NCBI GenBank assembly: GCA_964016885.1
Contig: OZ024742.1
Location: 188,976,001-189,040,000, forward strand
Direction: 5' to 3'
Length of the DNA: 64,000 nucleotides
Source of the DNA: Eledone cirrhosa
Taxonomy: Eukaryota
The notes below the pieces were generated by a model. The model did not search any database, had not been told where the DNA came from, and saw only the letters and a program-made list of their open reading frames with translations. The first letter of the stretch is position 1; each line of letters begins with the position of its first letter. The translations under genes and the position numbers were made by a program. This document shows, one piece after another, positions 46,572 through 62,675 of the stretch.

Positions 46572-46774
46572 ATAAATTAAACAAAACAAAATAGCGATAG
46601 CGAAATTATACCTTTATATTAGGTTTACGTTTGGGGGAAAGAGTCGGTAGAATGTGTAAGAAATATTTAACTCACAAAGGATGACAAATAAATCAATACA
46701 ATGAAATGCTTTTACCCAGTATATTTCAACATGTTTTGAAATGTAAAGGCGAAAAACTTTTTTTAAATGCTTTA

Positions 46775-47608
46775 TCTACATATCTAAAACAGAGAATGTC
46801 TGTATGTCTGTCTGTCACCCTAAAACTCAAGAACCACCCAACCGATTTTTTTCAAACTTTACACATGTCATATTTATGGTCGTGTGAGTATTTTCAGTTT
46901 AAAATATATTGAATTTTCAATGCCTGGAGACCGCATTAGTCGCTGGTTAGCGATCTCTCTCCCTTTCTTAGTTTGTCTGTTTAGAAAGATACATAGCTAT
47001 AACGTCGCGCCCTTATAATATATGTCTTTATGTCTGGCTGTCTGCATTACGACATTATGAAAACATTGACTTCGCTATATGTGTGTGTGTGTATATATGT
47101 GTATATAGTGTGGCTGTATATACATATATAGTGTGTAACGTTTTTCGAAATATTTACTTCTGCGTTCACAGATTGATTTTTTTTTAGTTTCAGAAGATCC
47201 CGTTAAGGGTGAAAGCAGCGATTCTTTGCTTAAACTGTAATCTGCTATTTTAATATATATATATAATTATATATTCGTGTACAGATATTTTTGCATACAC
47301 AATAACAAAATATAAACAAACGTATTTATTTCACGAGGCTCGATAAGGATGAATATATATCAAATATATAAGAACCCTAGAGCAAATATTGTTCTCATTG
47401 CTGACGTATTATCTTCCCTATTTTCCGTTCATTGCCACCCAATTAAGTTAAACCCCTGGTAATCTACGACGAATTTTTTTTATAAGCACAAAATGTAGAC
47501 CATCCCGAGGCCGAGGTATTCCGTACTTCTCTGTACTATTTCAGAAAGGAGGGATAAACATGCCAATCTATGTTTAGAATCCCGAGCAACGCCGGGCCAT
47601 TCTGCTAG
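46775..47608 (+). mobile_element. Non-autonomous Helitron
   Basis: 5' TC preceded by A, (gtct)n near the 5' end, 3' hairpin cccg-agcaacgc-cggg, terminal CTAG followed by T (A|T insertion, no TSD). Confidence 0.8.
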
Positions 47609-47925
47609 TATTAAATATAATATATATATATATATATACATGTTTTGTGGAGGTATGTATACTTTCTCGTACGTATATATGCTTTTATTTGTTATAGGTG
47701 TATACATTATATATACTTGGTATGATTATGTGTATACGTGTATTTCGTGTTTGTGCGTTTATTTGTATGCGTGTATGCGTGTTTGCACATATGTAAGGTG
47801 TTTATGTGTACATTGGGTTTTGGTATATGTACGTTTGGTGAGCATATGTGTATTTACCTGTAGGTATGGGTGCGTGTGCGTTATATACGTATTCATGTGT
47901 GTATATTTATATACGTTTATATAAT

Positions 47926-47971
<46 letters not shown>

Positions 47972-48454
47972 ATTTATATGTGTATTTGGTGTATACGTTC
48001 GTATGTGTGCGGGGTACATGTGTCGCGCGGGTTCACGCACGTGTGCGCGTGTTACGTGCACGTGCATGTATGTGTGTGTTTTCGCGTATGTACGTGTATG
48101 TATGTATATTTGATGTGTGTATGTATATATTTAATTATTATTACTTCCATGATTTAAGAACTCGACGTGGTATAGTTTCACCGTTATGATATTATTACGT
48201 CAGTTGCGATTACTGCGGAGTTTTGTTATAGTAATAAATTAAATAGCTGTACGTTTTAACCCCTCCAGTCTATTAATTACATTATCACTGCTATGCATAT
48301 TTCGATGGTATTTGTTAAGTAATCCCCAGATACCATCTTATTATGTATATAACATAAAATATAACTATACATATATATATATATATCACTCTCTCCTCTC
48401 TACTCTGTGTGATATGCATTTATATATATATGTATACATATATATATATATATA

Positions 48455-48556
<102 letters not shown>

Positions 48557-48645
48557 GCTACTCAGATTTGACAAATTCTTTGTACCTGGAACCTCGTAGA
48601 GATTATCACTGCCCTTATATATTTATATATATTTATATCTATCTA

Positions 48646-48693
<48 letters not shown>

Positions 48694-49070
48694 TATACAT
48701 ATAAAGGGCAGTGATAATCTCTACGAGGTTCCACGTACAAAGAAATTGTCAAATCTGAGTAGCTGTATGAGAGCATATAACAAGACAAACGGGACATAAC
48801 TAGCTGGCTTGAATAAGTATTCCTAGTCTTTCCTGCCAACACGCTATATCCATTAGTAAAATATATAAAGCTTACAGAATTTCAATTTAGACATGCTTTT
48901 AAATCTTTATATCTTTATGCCTATAAAATGCAACTCTTCTGATTGGACAGAAGTTAATGTAGCATTTCTTATAGAACAATATTGATTTCTATGATTGTCT
49001 CGGTATCACATTCGCAATATCAGTAATACACACATACACACACATACGCACATATTTGTAAGTAGATATA

Positions 49071-49127
<57 letters not shown>

Positions 49128-49174
49128 GCACTTAAATACTTATACCTAAATATATATATATATCTGATTATACG

Positions 49175-49300
<126 letters not shown>

Positions 49301-51408
49301 TCTCTCTCTCTGTATATATATATATATATACGTGAAGTTGAGGATCGACCGTGAGCTCATGTGGTTTCGGTTAGTTACCTCTCTTCGAGGAGGTATGAAT
49401 GTATTATATATGGATAGACTATGAATATGGATATATATATACGTGCGTGCGTGAGTGTGTGTGTGTGTGTGTGTAGTCCTTAAGTTTTAAGGAAAATTGG
49501 ATATTTTTCTGATGACTAAATATGTAATAACTCACTGTCGTTTTCATTTCTATCCTTCTTGAATATATATCAATACACTTTTTTATATATTTTTCTTTGC
49601 TAAGTAGCAGCCGTCATTTCAAATTATTGCCCAGAGTGAGAGAAAGAGAAAATAGAATATAAATTATCTATTTTACTACCAGAAAATTATTTTATCAGTA
49701 AAATTTATCGAATAAAATATATGAATTTTGTTATAATCTTGAACCAGTTATGAAATAATAAGTAAAATTTACGAAATTTACTCTGCAAATATTATTTCAT
49801 AACAATTTATATCGTTTTGGTTGTTATAGTTATTTTTTTGTATTTGCTTATATTTTCGCAGCCTCTCTAGCTCATATGGTTGCTGTTGCATTTCTATTAC
49901 GTTAAGAGGTCTATGTGAACGTCTTTGAATATTATGAATGTGTGAGTTTTCATATATAAGTGTGTGTATTGAGTGGATGAATAAAACAAATATATCTCTG
50001 TTATTCACACCCTTAACAATATCGATCTGTCTTCCCTCCATCTTGAGTAAAATCGACATTCAGTGGCTATATATTATTACTTATTTCAAATAGTAAAAGT
50101 TAAAATGTTTTTTTTCAAAGTACTTCATTCCAGTGTAGCTAATATGAATATTAATGTTGATTTAATGCAATCTTTTACTTTATTCAAATTTGTATTTTAC
50201 GATAATATCACATTACTTTTAAATTATCTAAATCCCGTTTAGGCAATTTTGGATACTATTCAATTTAATAACTGTATTGGAATATTTGGATTTAAAGTAA
50301 ATATTTTACACATGAGTTTAATTTAGAAGCAACAATATTACAGGCTCAAGCATAGCAACATATGTAACAGAGAAGTTAAATTTTCTACTAAAATTTCTAC
50401 TATAGTAATGTAACTTCCAAATACTTTCCGTCCATGAATTTTCACTCATAAATCTTTACTCGACGCTAGGCTATGATAAATGGGTCGTGTCTTAAATGCC
50501 AAGAAGAGGGATCGAACAGAGAATCTAATAATTGAGAAGGAAACTTTCGGTCGACAATTTTATAACATAATTAGACCACTCGTGACCCGTTGGTTCACGT
50601 TAACTCACTTCAAAATATGTTGTATTAATCATGTTCACTTAAAAATAGTTTTAAATAATTAAAATATACACAGACATGTATATAATGTGAAATGAGACTG
50701 GAAGGCCCATATATATACGTGTGTGTACGTATATATATATAAATGTGTGAGTTTGTATACATATATATATATACATATGTTAGTTCTTTCCATACTTTGG
50801 TATTGTGTGTTAGATTTTGCCTACCACAGTGTTCAATTTGTCAAGCTATTTAAACGTATGTTATTACTCTGAGGACCTACCTTGTCGAGTGCTTTGCTAA
50901 CTCATTCATATCGTAGGTCGAATTTGCTTGCACACCGCCAAAGATTCGATTTTACTAAGCCTCCAATTATATATATATTGTGTTTCTTTCCATCTTCGGT
51001 TAGCTTTCCCCTGTGTTGTTTACTTGTCTCACTCGCTTTACGCGTTTCAATTGTCCTAATAACTTATTTTAGTTATTGTTGACACCAACGTGAGGTATAC
51101 AATTATTTTTAATTCGATGAAATACCAATGATCGTTGGAAAATCACTGATGAGGGACTCATTTTATAACATGTAATCCATGTGCAACCATGCAGTATTCT
51201 TCTCCCCATATTTTTCATATATATATATATGCATGTGGGTGTCTGTGATTTATATAAACTGGTCATAGACACACACACATATATACATATACACACACTC
51301 ACATATATATATATATATACACAACAACACACTCTCTCTCTCTTCTATTCTCCTTCTCTGTCTCCTCTCCCTCTCTCTATGACTCTCTCTCATTCTACTC
51401 TCTTACAA

Positions 51409-51484
<76 letters not shown>

Positions 51485-51699
51485 GCTCTGTCTCTGTTTA
51501 TAAGGTACCCGAAAAAACCCAAATCTCGGAAACACGCTATCCGATTTACGCGAAACTTGTTTTATTCCATTTGTACTCCCATTTCAGGGTCAATTTCCTG
51601 TGAAAGTATTTTCCCATTATGCGCCCTTTTGGTTGTAGTACATTACAGACAAGCAAGCAAGCAATCCAGATTTTTAGTAATATATAGATCAATATTATG

Positions 51700-52035
51700 G
51701 TGAGGGATACTCCACCCTATTTGACGGCAACCATTAAATCATTCGTTCACTGAACTGAGCACCCAACTCGTGAATTAACCTTTAAATGGTTGAATATTTC
51801 ACAAACACGTGTTTCCGCAACGTAATTCTGGAGCAGACAGCATGACACAATATGTAACAAGGCTGTACATTTGAATTATAGGTTCAATCTATTTGACAAG
51901 CTTCCACACGAGTTCTCTGTCCCAAATATCAGTCACAAAGCTAAGGTCGACTCGTGGTTATGTTAAATAATACTTGCCCAAGATACTACACAGTGCGATT
52001 GCACCCGAGTCCTGATGATTACAAAACGCTATTCG
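51700..52035 (-). mobile_element. Old copy of a second tRNA-type SINE family (related relic at ~35950-36190, +)
   Basis: cttgcccaag...cagtgcgattgcacccgag...gaagcca resembles a reversed tRNA-like head; atggctaagtggttaaggagtttgctt at 35951. Confidence 0.45.
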
Positions 52036-53118
52036 TAGCCAGGAAGCCAAGCCAGTGTCCACAACTGTTCAAAGTTAACATATGAACCATATAATCAGGC
52101 TGATAGTTGAGTAATTTGTTAAGTAGAATTGATGGAACAATTCACAGTATAGCTTCATTCTAAACCATTTAGCTATTCAGAATCTCATTTATTGTTTAAT
52201 TGGTAGGAAAATATAGAGGAAGGTATGCAATTAATTAAGGAATCTACTTCTCTAATACAGATAGGTTGGTACGTTGTATGGTTGACTAGTAAGTTCTATG
52301 GTCGACTGGTAAATTGCAGGGATAAATCCAGTAACTTACTAATCATGTATGGATAAAATACAACTAATTAGATAGACATATATACCCACTCCCACATAGA
52401 AACCTCCTCTTCATGTTCCTTCCACATATTCCGTCCTATAATCAACAGTAACGCATCTATATACACCACCTCCGCTTCATTATCTGTCCTACATTCAACA
52501 GTAACACATGCACGTAGCCACATTCTCATGTTACGTCCTACCATCATCACAAACACACCCACATAGCTCCCTCCTCCTCATATTTCCGTCTTATTTATAT
52601 ACAAACACACCTACATAACATCCCTTTCCTCATGTATTATCTTAATTTCAACAAAAATACACCTACATAGATCTCTTCCCGTGGTTCGTTCTACTTTCTA
52701 CAGAAAACCTCAATTATGTATGGAAGCATTATCCAGCCAAATCGAAAACGAGAAATTAATCCATATGAATACGTGATTTGCGGTTATCATTAATCGATAT
52801 AGTTTCTCGAGAACAATAATTACTCGCGATCTATTGATTATCTATTATTGTTGATTTTGGCAGGTAGACTATCGATAAGAGTATGATTACGAATTACAAA
52901 TCACATACAACCAATATGTTTTCTATGTTAGTAGTGTTTAGTGGAGTTAGTTGGAAGCAATTAGACATGAAGTAGCTATTGTACGTGTTGTACGTTTAAG
53001 CAGTTGTGTTGAATACAGAGATTCCGAGATTACTTAAGGTAATTTGAAGAGTATTACAGCATTGTTATTAATGATTTCATGCTAGGCTTCGGAAGTATCA
53101 CACATACACACACATAAC

Positions 53119-53150
<32 letters not shown>

Positions 53151-53269
53151 GTCTTCTCAGCACTAGAACTGTTTCATTCGTAGGAAATCATCATTCCTGA
53201 GAATTTATACATATATATATATGTATATATACGTGTGTGTGTGTGTGTTTGAGAGAGAGAGAGAGGTCG

Positions 53270-54680
53270 TTCATGAATGCTACTGGTAACATGTAGCCCG
53301 GTACAACCCGTCTCCTGGTCGGGACCGCGGCGGCTAAACAGGCAACACCCACGAATGTTGCTTAGTGAGGAGGAAGAATTTTGAACACCTTGCGAGATGG
53401 AAATCAAAAGCAACCAAAGGACGGATGAACCTTTGAATTAACAGCCATCGAATACCCGAGATTTGTTGTTTACTGTGTTCGTAGCAAACCTTTGCACCAA
53501 TCCTTCGTTATCAACATATCCAAATAGTGTAGCACTTCCAACACAAGCTTTCGCCACTATGAACAATTCATTTGTGTGGATAACTCAACTTCTCAACAAG
53601 TTCTATCTATTTGATATCCCACCATTAACGCACAGCCCACTATTTCCAGAGGAAAGTCGACGCGGACATGAAAGGGTATTACAGGAAGTTCTTAGTTGAA
53701 GTTCTACAGCGTGACAATCATCAGGTGATGGCCGTTCATGTACAAAATATGAGCATTTTGTGCTGTTCGTCTCCTTTGATGGTGACGAAGCAGTTCTTTT
53801 TAAACATAGCACTGATTTCCCTACACAGAGAGGGGCTGGTAAAAGGATCCCTAAACTAATGCTTGAGATTCAATGCTAGAGTTGTACGAGACTATCAAAC
53901 ATGGCATAACGTTTTGAAGCATAGCTTCCTCTCACACTGCAAGAAAAGTTTCTAACTGCTGGGTGAAACGTAGGTGTAGATTTAATATATATTCCCCAAA
54001 GGCTGGAGATACGCAAATGTTCATTCAACTCAAGCTTGAACGAAGTACAAGCCGCTATCAAGCAACTGTTTTCAAATATGGTGTTCAAAAACTGGTTCGT
54101 ACGTTTTTCGGCTATTTCTAGAAATCTGGAAGTTCTCCAATGCCGATCTATTTATGAGGCGCAATATCGGTGGGATTGAGTCATTTTTAATGCAATCCCA
54201 AATCAAGGTGAGTTGTTCATGTCCTACGGATGACTGAGGTCGGCACACTCAAAGTACCATTATACAGTCAACCTTAAAATGGTGCACGATATATAGGCAG
54301 ACAATTACATAGCTATAGATACAAACTGATTTACAATCTTAAATATATGAACATACCTCTTTCTTCTTTTGATGCTCTCACTGCTGACTATGGGAAATGG
54401 AGAACCGTTTGTTATGAAGGTATAAAGTACTTTGAAAAATCTTCTCTGATCCATCATCATGATCTACGATCGATCACCAAAATCCAATGAAACCTTCCAT
54501 CCTGCTCCTCTCAAAAGGGTGTCATCTGCACTAAATGTGGATTAGTGTGTAAATCAACAGCTGGACTAAAGTGCCATTCAATGCATAACCATACAAAATA
54601 AACTGAGAAGACTGTTGAAGTCTCATATGTTGATATACGACGATATAAGTCTCATATGTCGATATACGAGTCCATCATAT
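53270..54680 (+). pseudogene. Degenerate, internally deleted RTE-clade LINE
   Basis: LNEVQAAIKQL (pre-RT), GIESFLMQSQI...HVLRM...LYSQ..NGAR..GRQ, WRTVCYEGIKYFE and a CTKCGLVCKSTAGLKCH C-terminal zinc motif. The leader 53275-53395 is also present at 61987-62105. Confidence 0.55.
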
Positions 54681-56225
54681 ATATATATATATATGTGTGT
54701 GTGCGTGTGCGTGTGTGCGTGTGTGTGTGTATGTGCGTGTGAATGTATATGCATAATCTGTATCTATATATATTCTAACACCAACATTAAATTTCACAAT
54801 ACCATATGTTTTCTTAAATCTTTATTATTTTCAAACATGGACATTGACAATACGCGTCGTTCAAATTAGAGCGCCTATTTCAGTTATGTTCTGATGTGTG
54901 TTTGAGATAAATAGTATTAGGTGGAATGATTTTATTTAATATGAACAACCAAATAACTGCGAAACATGGAAAGTAAATCTGCTATGTTTTTTAATGTGAT
55001 GAGAAGAAGAAAAATGTATTTACCTTGTTTCCTATTCACATACAGGCTTATTCTTTAAGTTATATCTTCACTGTTCAAAATTATACATACCTACACATAT
55101 TTTGTATGTGCCTGCAAAATTTTGTTCGTGTTAGAAAATTATGAAAAATCTGCGAATATTGTTTGGTGCACTTATAAGTCAGTATCTCATATATTAATCC
55201 ATTTATATCCATCCACTTAAAACTGTACTTACGTGTATCATACTGCTTGTTTAAAAGTTTTATATTTATCTAAAATCTTTCTATCAAAATTTAGGAAAGA
55301 ACTTTTGTTGTGTTATGTTCCGAACACCACTTTATTAACGAGAAATTAGATATATTTCGAATTCTCTAAAGCTTCTTAATTTTATTCAAAACTATTTGAA
55401 AATCGTAGGCAATTGCTTTTCTTTAGAAATATGATGACGAACAGGTTAAAGTGTTTATATTTATAGAAAAACAAACTGTTTATCATAATTTTATGCAAGA
55501 ATCTTTGTTAGTTTATCTTCAAAATTTTGAATTCTCTAAATTATCTTTAAAATTTTCAATAGTACTTGAGACTTATAGGAAGTGAATTTCGTTAGAAATA
55601 TGGTAATGAAGTGGTTAAATCTAGTCACAAAATTGTCACATTGTAAAATTCAATTAAAGACTCGGTGAGTAATGCCTATCCGGTCATGGGGGAAGATGAA
55701 GCTTTCAAGCAAATATTTTCCAATTGTATTTAAATCAAATCAGCCTAGCTACTGATTAAATATTCTACTGAAAACGGAAGTACTGTCAAATGTTCCATGA
55801 AGATTAAAGGCCAAAATAATTGTAGATGTTCAGTGCCGAAATTTCCATTATGAAATTTCCAGAGAGATATAAAAATAAGAATAATGGTGCATAGCTTAAT
55901 TTCGTAGGTCATCGCATTTATTGGGTTTTTTACTACAAGTTAAAGCAATCAATGACAATATGTGGTATGAACAAATGGGAACAACAATGAGGGAACAGAG
56001 CCAACAAGGACTAGATTAATCTGACAAAGGTTTATAAATCGATAAAGAAGTTATTTTATATCGATTTTTGGCGAAAGAAGATGCCAGCAACGACTTGGGT
56101 TTTTCGTTTAATGTAATTAATTACTTGTTCGATTTATTGAATAATAAAAATAATGATAATAATAATAATAATAACAATATTAATAATAAATAGGAAGTAA
56201 ATGTTTTTTCTTTTTTCCTTTGTAA

Positions 56226-56272
<47 letters not shown>

Positions 56273-56339
56273 TAATTACAAATGAAGACAATGTTTTCTT
56301 TCTCTTTGTTTGCAATTCGTATAGACACACATCCACACG

Positions 56340-56427
<88 letters not shown>

Positions 56428-56454
56428 ATATATATACATATATATGCTTATATC

Positions 56455-56493
<39 letters not shown>

Positions 56494-56889
56494 ATGTATA
56501 TATGTATATATATATCCATATAAGTATATGTATATATGTAATCTTGTATAGTTTTAATCGATAAGAAGCAAGGAGCCAACATGCACGCCGGTCCTAACAA
56601 ATAGTATAATAAAATGTAAAACCATTCAGACGCATAAAATAATTTTCACCTTTTGTTTATTTAATGTTAAGTCGTAGTTGTGTTGTTTAGCAGTAATCAC
56701 AGAACGTCGTAAATGCGGTCTGTTGTGATTATATATATTTGAGTGTCCTCAGAAACCGGTAAGTTATTCATTTATGTTCAATTTTTAGTATGATATAGTT
56801 TATACATAAGTATGTATGCATCACTATTTTCCCTTCCTTTACAATTTTTTTTTCACTTTACACACCTATCTCCCTCTCTTTCACTCTCT

Positions 56890-57011
<122 letters not shown>

Positions 57012-57149
57012 ATGCTCTTCACACTCACTAAAGCATTTAACTATACCTATGATTTTGTATGTAAGTAAACATATATCAATGTACTAGACATGCAGCTTTG
57101 ATGAGATCTAGTGCACCTGAGCACTGTACAAAATAATTATTTTTATTTT

Positions 57150-57206
<57 letters not shown>

Positions 57207-57391
57207 GCATATATATGTGTGTGTATGTATGTGTGTGTTTTGCCGACTGACAGTATTATGAAGAATGTATACACTCCTAACAAACGAGTCCTATGAATTA
57301 AGTAGTTTATGGTCATGTATAGAGAACAAGTACAGGTGTGCTCATTGTAAGCGTTGATCATGAACATATATGTGTATATATATATAAATAT

Positions 57392-57424
<33 letters not shown>

Positions 57425-57435
57425 AATATATATAA

Positions 57436-57519
<84 letters not shown>

Positions 57520-57523
<4 letters not shown>

Positions 57524-57703
57524 ATGTTTAATCCCGACGGCAGAGCTCAAGCCGTTTCGACGGCTAATTCGGGTGTAGATATAGCCGTCGAAACGACTGC
57601 AGCTCCGCCGTCGGGGTTAAACATTTTCCTATTACCCACTCTACATATTGAGTACTCTGGTGCGTCATGATCCATCTGGTTCCTTACCACACTTCCTTCG
57701 TTA
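57520..57703. repeat. Fold-back element (45-bp arms plus one-sided 75-bp extension) in (TA)n; second copy at 61302-61524
   Basis: gaaaatgttt.a.cccgac.gcagagctcaagccgttt.gacggc / gccgtcgaaacg...gccgtcggggt.aaacattttcc followed by tattacccactcta...cacttccttcgtta. The spacers differ between copies. Confidence 0.85.
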
Positions 57704-58006
57704 TATATATATATATATATATAAATACGCACATACACACACTCACACACAATACATACACACTCACACACACACATATGTTATTGTACTTATATATATA
57801 TATATTGTAGTATTTAAACTTTCATATCAAGACAAATACCTATTCATAAACTATTAAACACATACGTATATAGACATATATACATATACACGTAGATGTA
57901 TATAGACTCATCGTCACAGACATGCGCAAATAGAGCCAAAAATAAACTTGTTTTCATACAGATATCCACAAACTTATGCACGAATAATTGTGCATGCTTC
58001 TATGTA

Positions 58007-58139
<133 letters not shown>

Positions 58140-58567
58140 AGATGAAATCGAAAATGCAACTGGAGTCTTATTTTTTGTTAAATATATATATTTATTTGGT
58201 TCCTTTACCGGTTTCGCAGTTCTTCTGCTTTTCAAAAGTAGAGTTTAGATGGAGGGTCTGTGGTTTTTCTAACTAAGTATGCCTCTCCCACTCTTTTTCT
58301 TTCTCTTTCTCTCTCTTTCTCACTCTCTCTCTATCTATCTATCTATCTATCTATCCATCTATTTATCTATCTGTATATGTATTCAATTTTTTTTTTTGTG
58401 GCTTTTCTTGACGCTTTTCTTTTTCTTCATTCTGATCCTGTCTCTGCGTTGTACTCCTGGAGAATGGCTTAAATCCGACGTTTTAAACGTTCTTTCCTCT
58501 TTAAATATAAAACGTGGAACAAATAAGACTTTTTGTATCTTTGTTTGTTGTTCTTGAACTATTATAT

Positions 58568-58705
<138 letters not shown>

Positions 58706-58712
58706 ATACATT

Positions 58713-58744
<32 letters not shown>

Positions 58745-58745
58745 A

Positions 58746-58777
<32 letters not shown>

Positions 58778-58794
58778 GTATATATATATATAAA

Positions 58795-58836
<42 letters not shown>

Positions 58837-58866
58837 TGTATATATATATATATATATTTATATATT

Positions 58867-58942
<76 letters not shown>

Positions 58943-58944
58943 CA

Positions 58945-59049
<105 letters not shown>

Positions 59050-59053
59050 GTAC

Positions 59054-59084
<31 letters not shown>

Positions 59085-59123
59085 ATGAAAGAGAGAGAGA
59101 GAGGGAGATATATATAAAGAGAG

Positions 59124-59210
<87 letters not shown>

Positions 59211-59884
59211 GGATATATACTTATCATATATGTATATATACATAGATACACGTGTATATGCTGATAAATATATATTCATGCTTGCAGGCGTTGACTTCGT
59301 TCATTTAAATAAATATATATGCGTGTATGTGTGTGTGGGTGTGTGGGTGTGTGCGTGTGTGTGTGTTTCTGTGTGTCTTTGTGTCTGTTGGTATGTGTGT
59401 GTACGCATGTAAGCATTATTTTTTATATTTCCCTTTAGCTATTCGTCTTTGCATATATAATGGCGTCCTTGTAGCGAATTGATTTGAAAGTGTTTACGTT
59501 GGCCTACTCTGCCGAGCTGGTCCAATTAAATTTGACTGAAAGAACTTATTTCCTACCGACATTTAGAAACTTATTCTGAACTTTTATATCATAGGCTGGA
59601 AGATTTACAGTGGATTAAATGTTTTTCAACATTACAGATGTTACCGAATTTGTGCCGCATGTGTATTAGTTTGTGACTTGCAGTATTGACCACAATACAT
59701 CAATTTTATTTACATTGCTATTCTACAAATGTCATAAGTAATTGATAATGGTGTGTTGAATATTTTGTATTACTAACATTAGTCATGTAAATGTAGCTAA
59801 TTGTTTTTGTTTTGTTTTTTACATTGAATAATATGCAAGGCTGAAAAGCTTTTTGAGTAACGTTTATGGAACACTTAGTATTAT

Positions 59885-60076
59885 TGGTAGATTGACAGTA
59901 TCGATAGAGGGTCGGACGGCATGCTTTGCAGCAGGGAGTTGCGGCGCTTTATGGTCTGAGTTTAAATCCCGCCGAGGTTAACTTTGCCTTTCATCCTTAC
60001 GTGGTCGATAAAATAAAGTACCAGTAATACACTGGGATAATTGCTGGCCTTGTGCCAAAAGTAGAAACAATTATTA
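59885..60076 (+). mobile_element. SINE (main family)
   Basis: Full head, core and ccttgtgccaaaagtagaaacaattatt tail. Confidence 0.85.
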
Positions 60077-60362
60077 GATGTCTCTTTCAAACCAGCTACC
60101 TAGTGGGTCTAATTCGATTACTGTGAATAATTATAACTCTTGTAAATAGGCTGGGTTCAGAGATGGGTGTAATACAAAACACTGTCTCAGAAAGTAATAG
60201 TTCTAGTCGTTACATTCTGTTCTGACAAATATCCTAAAGATATGAATCTTTAATTAACCAAATAATATAAGTGTGCATGTGTGATTGTGGTTATGTATGT
60301 GTGTATTTATGTATATATGTATGTATGTATTTGTGCGTGAGTGGGTGAATATGTGAAATATG

Positions 60363-60394
<32 letters not shown>

Positions 60395-61231
60395 GTGGTG
60401 GAACACTGGAAGGTAATATCCGTAGTGGTAGAGCACTCAGTCCATGAGACGAGTTAGGTAGAAGTGGTTACACAACAGTTAGTTCACCATACCGAGAACA
60501 ATTGTTTCACCTTAGCGGATCCTCAGCTCGGAATGGGCATGGTTATTTTATTTTTATTTTTTTCGTACGTGCGTGTATTTGTATACCTATGGCGAGTGTT
60601 TTCGCGTATGCTTGTGAATGTACGAATATGGATGCGTGTATGTATTTATTTAATTTCATTTACCTCTGTATTTTATTTACTTTATTCTTAACTCTGAAGC
60701 CGAGAATCATTCGGTGTCCTAGTTAGAATTTTAGTCTACGACTTCAGCTGTACCATTTGCGTGGTTTTGTCTTTGCGTGCAATTGTTCTCCCCGCACCAC
60801 ATATGACGTATTATCTTTGTGTTTTCCATTCATTGCCAGAGACCGTCTCTATGAACCACCTAATAGAATATTAGTCTACGACTTCTTTTATACCTTAAGC
60901 GTGGTTTTGTCTTTGCGTGTTTTTCACCGCTCCAAATAATGACGTATTATATTCGTTTTTTCCCGTTCTTTGCCAGGGAACGTTTCCACGAACCAAAGTA
61001 TCGTCTTCCTGTCTTCCTCCGGTTGCAACGGTTTTTGAAATATTCACTTCTGCGTTCACAGATTGACTTTGTTAGTTTCAGAAGATCCCGTTAAGGGTGA
61101 AAGCACCGATTCTTTGTTTAAACTTTAATCTGTTATTTTAATAAATATTTGCTCTACGGTTCTTATATATTTGATATATATTTATCCTAATCGAGCCCTC
61201 TTTGGATTTTAGTCTTCAAATTTATTATTAT

Positions 61232-61306
<75 letters not shown>

Positions 61307-61524
61307 AAAATGTTTGACCCCGACAGCAGAGCTCAAGCCGTTTTGACGGCGATTTTTATTTACCACGCTAAAAATTCTAATTTGATCCAGAAATAGCCGT
61401 CGAAACGGCTTGAGCCCTGCCGTCGGGGTCAAACATTTTCCTATTACCCACTCTACTACCCTAAGTATTGAGTAATCTGGTGCGTTGTGGTACATCTGGT
61501 TCCTTACCGCACTTCCTTCGTTAG

Positions 61525-61578
<54 letters not shown>

Positions 61579-61822
61579 TACATATCTAAAGGGCTTTGAA
61601 TGAAACCATGGGTGAAAGTTGTGTACGTCTGACTAGAAAGATGTAGTTTTATAGGTTGATATATTCTTGGAAATGGAATGAATATTATAGTTTATTACCA
61701 TTTCGGACCAAACATGGGTTCACTATATTCATTCCACTACAAGTAATGAAATGTATAATTAATTTGATAGATCTCACTGCGTGGAAATGTGTATAAAACT
61801 GTACACACATTACGTCATACGT

Positions 61823-61860
<38 letters not shown>

Positions 61861-61903
61861 CACGCAGACACACAGAGACATGTACTCACAGACACACACA
61901 CAG

Positions 61904-61972
<69 letters not shown>

Positions 61973-62556
61973 TATATACACCTTGAGTGCTACTGGTAAC
62001 ATGTAACCCAGTACAACCTGTCGCATGGTCGGGTTGTCGGCGACTAAACCAGCAACCCCACCAAGTCTGCTTGGTGAGGAGGGTGATTTTGGACACCGTG
62101 CAGGACAAAAAACAAAACCTGACAAAGTTCGGAAGAACTCATAAGAGTCAACGGCCATCCGAAAGTATGTAAATATGTATATACACATGTACATATGTAT
62201 GTATATGTACATGGGTACATGTGTATGTATATGCGCGGGGACATAGAAATAGTCGGGCTGGACACCCGATCGCGCGGTTAAACCACTGAGAGTGAAGGAA
62301 CCTTAGCCTTTGTCAGGGCATTCTTCTAGGAGAAGGTAACTCAAGAAACTGGATAACTCCGATATAAAACCTGCGGCTCAGTAGTTACCGATGATGTTGA
62401 TCTTTTCTTCTGTCGCTCAGAGAGTGGGATTGGTTCAGTTTACAGTCTTTCCTCACTTTAAAAAATAGTTTCACGCACGGGCATTGAACGATAGATAATT
62501 AATAATTATTAATAATGGTATAACGTGCAATGGCCATACTCAATAACGAGAGGACA

Positions 62557-62624
<68 letters not shown>

Positions 62625-62633
62625 GAATACACT

Positions 62634-62675
<42 letters not shown>

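Noticed and set aside
50865-50930. Hammerhead in the repeat shared with ~9280-9430 (gacctac/gtaggtc stem)
   Set aside because: Core is incomplete in both copies (ctgag/ctaag; gaat/gact); at best a relic.
51140-51185. Isolated CTGATGA motifs (also ~49507 and ~52012)
   Set aside because: No closing stem II plus GAAA in register.
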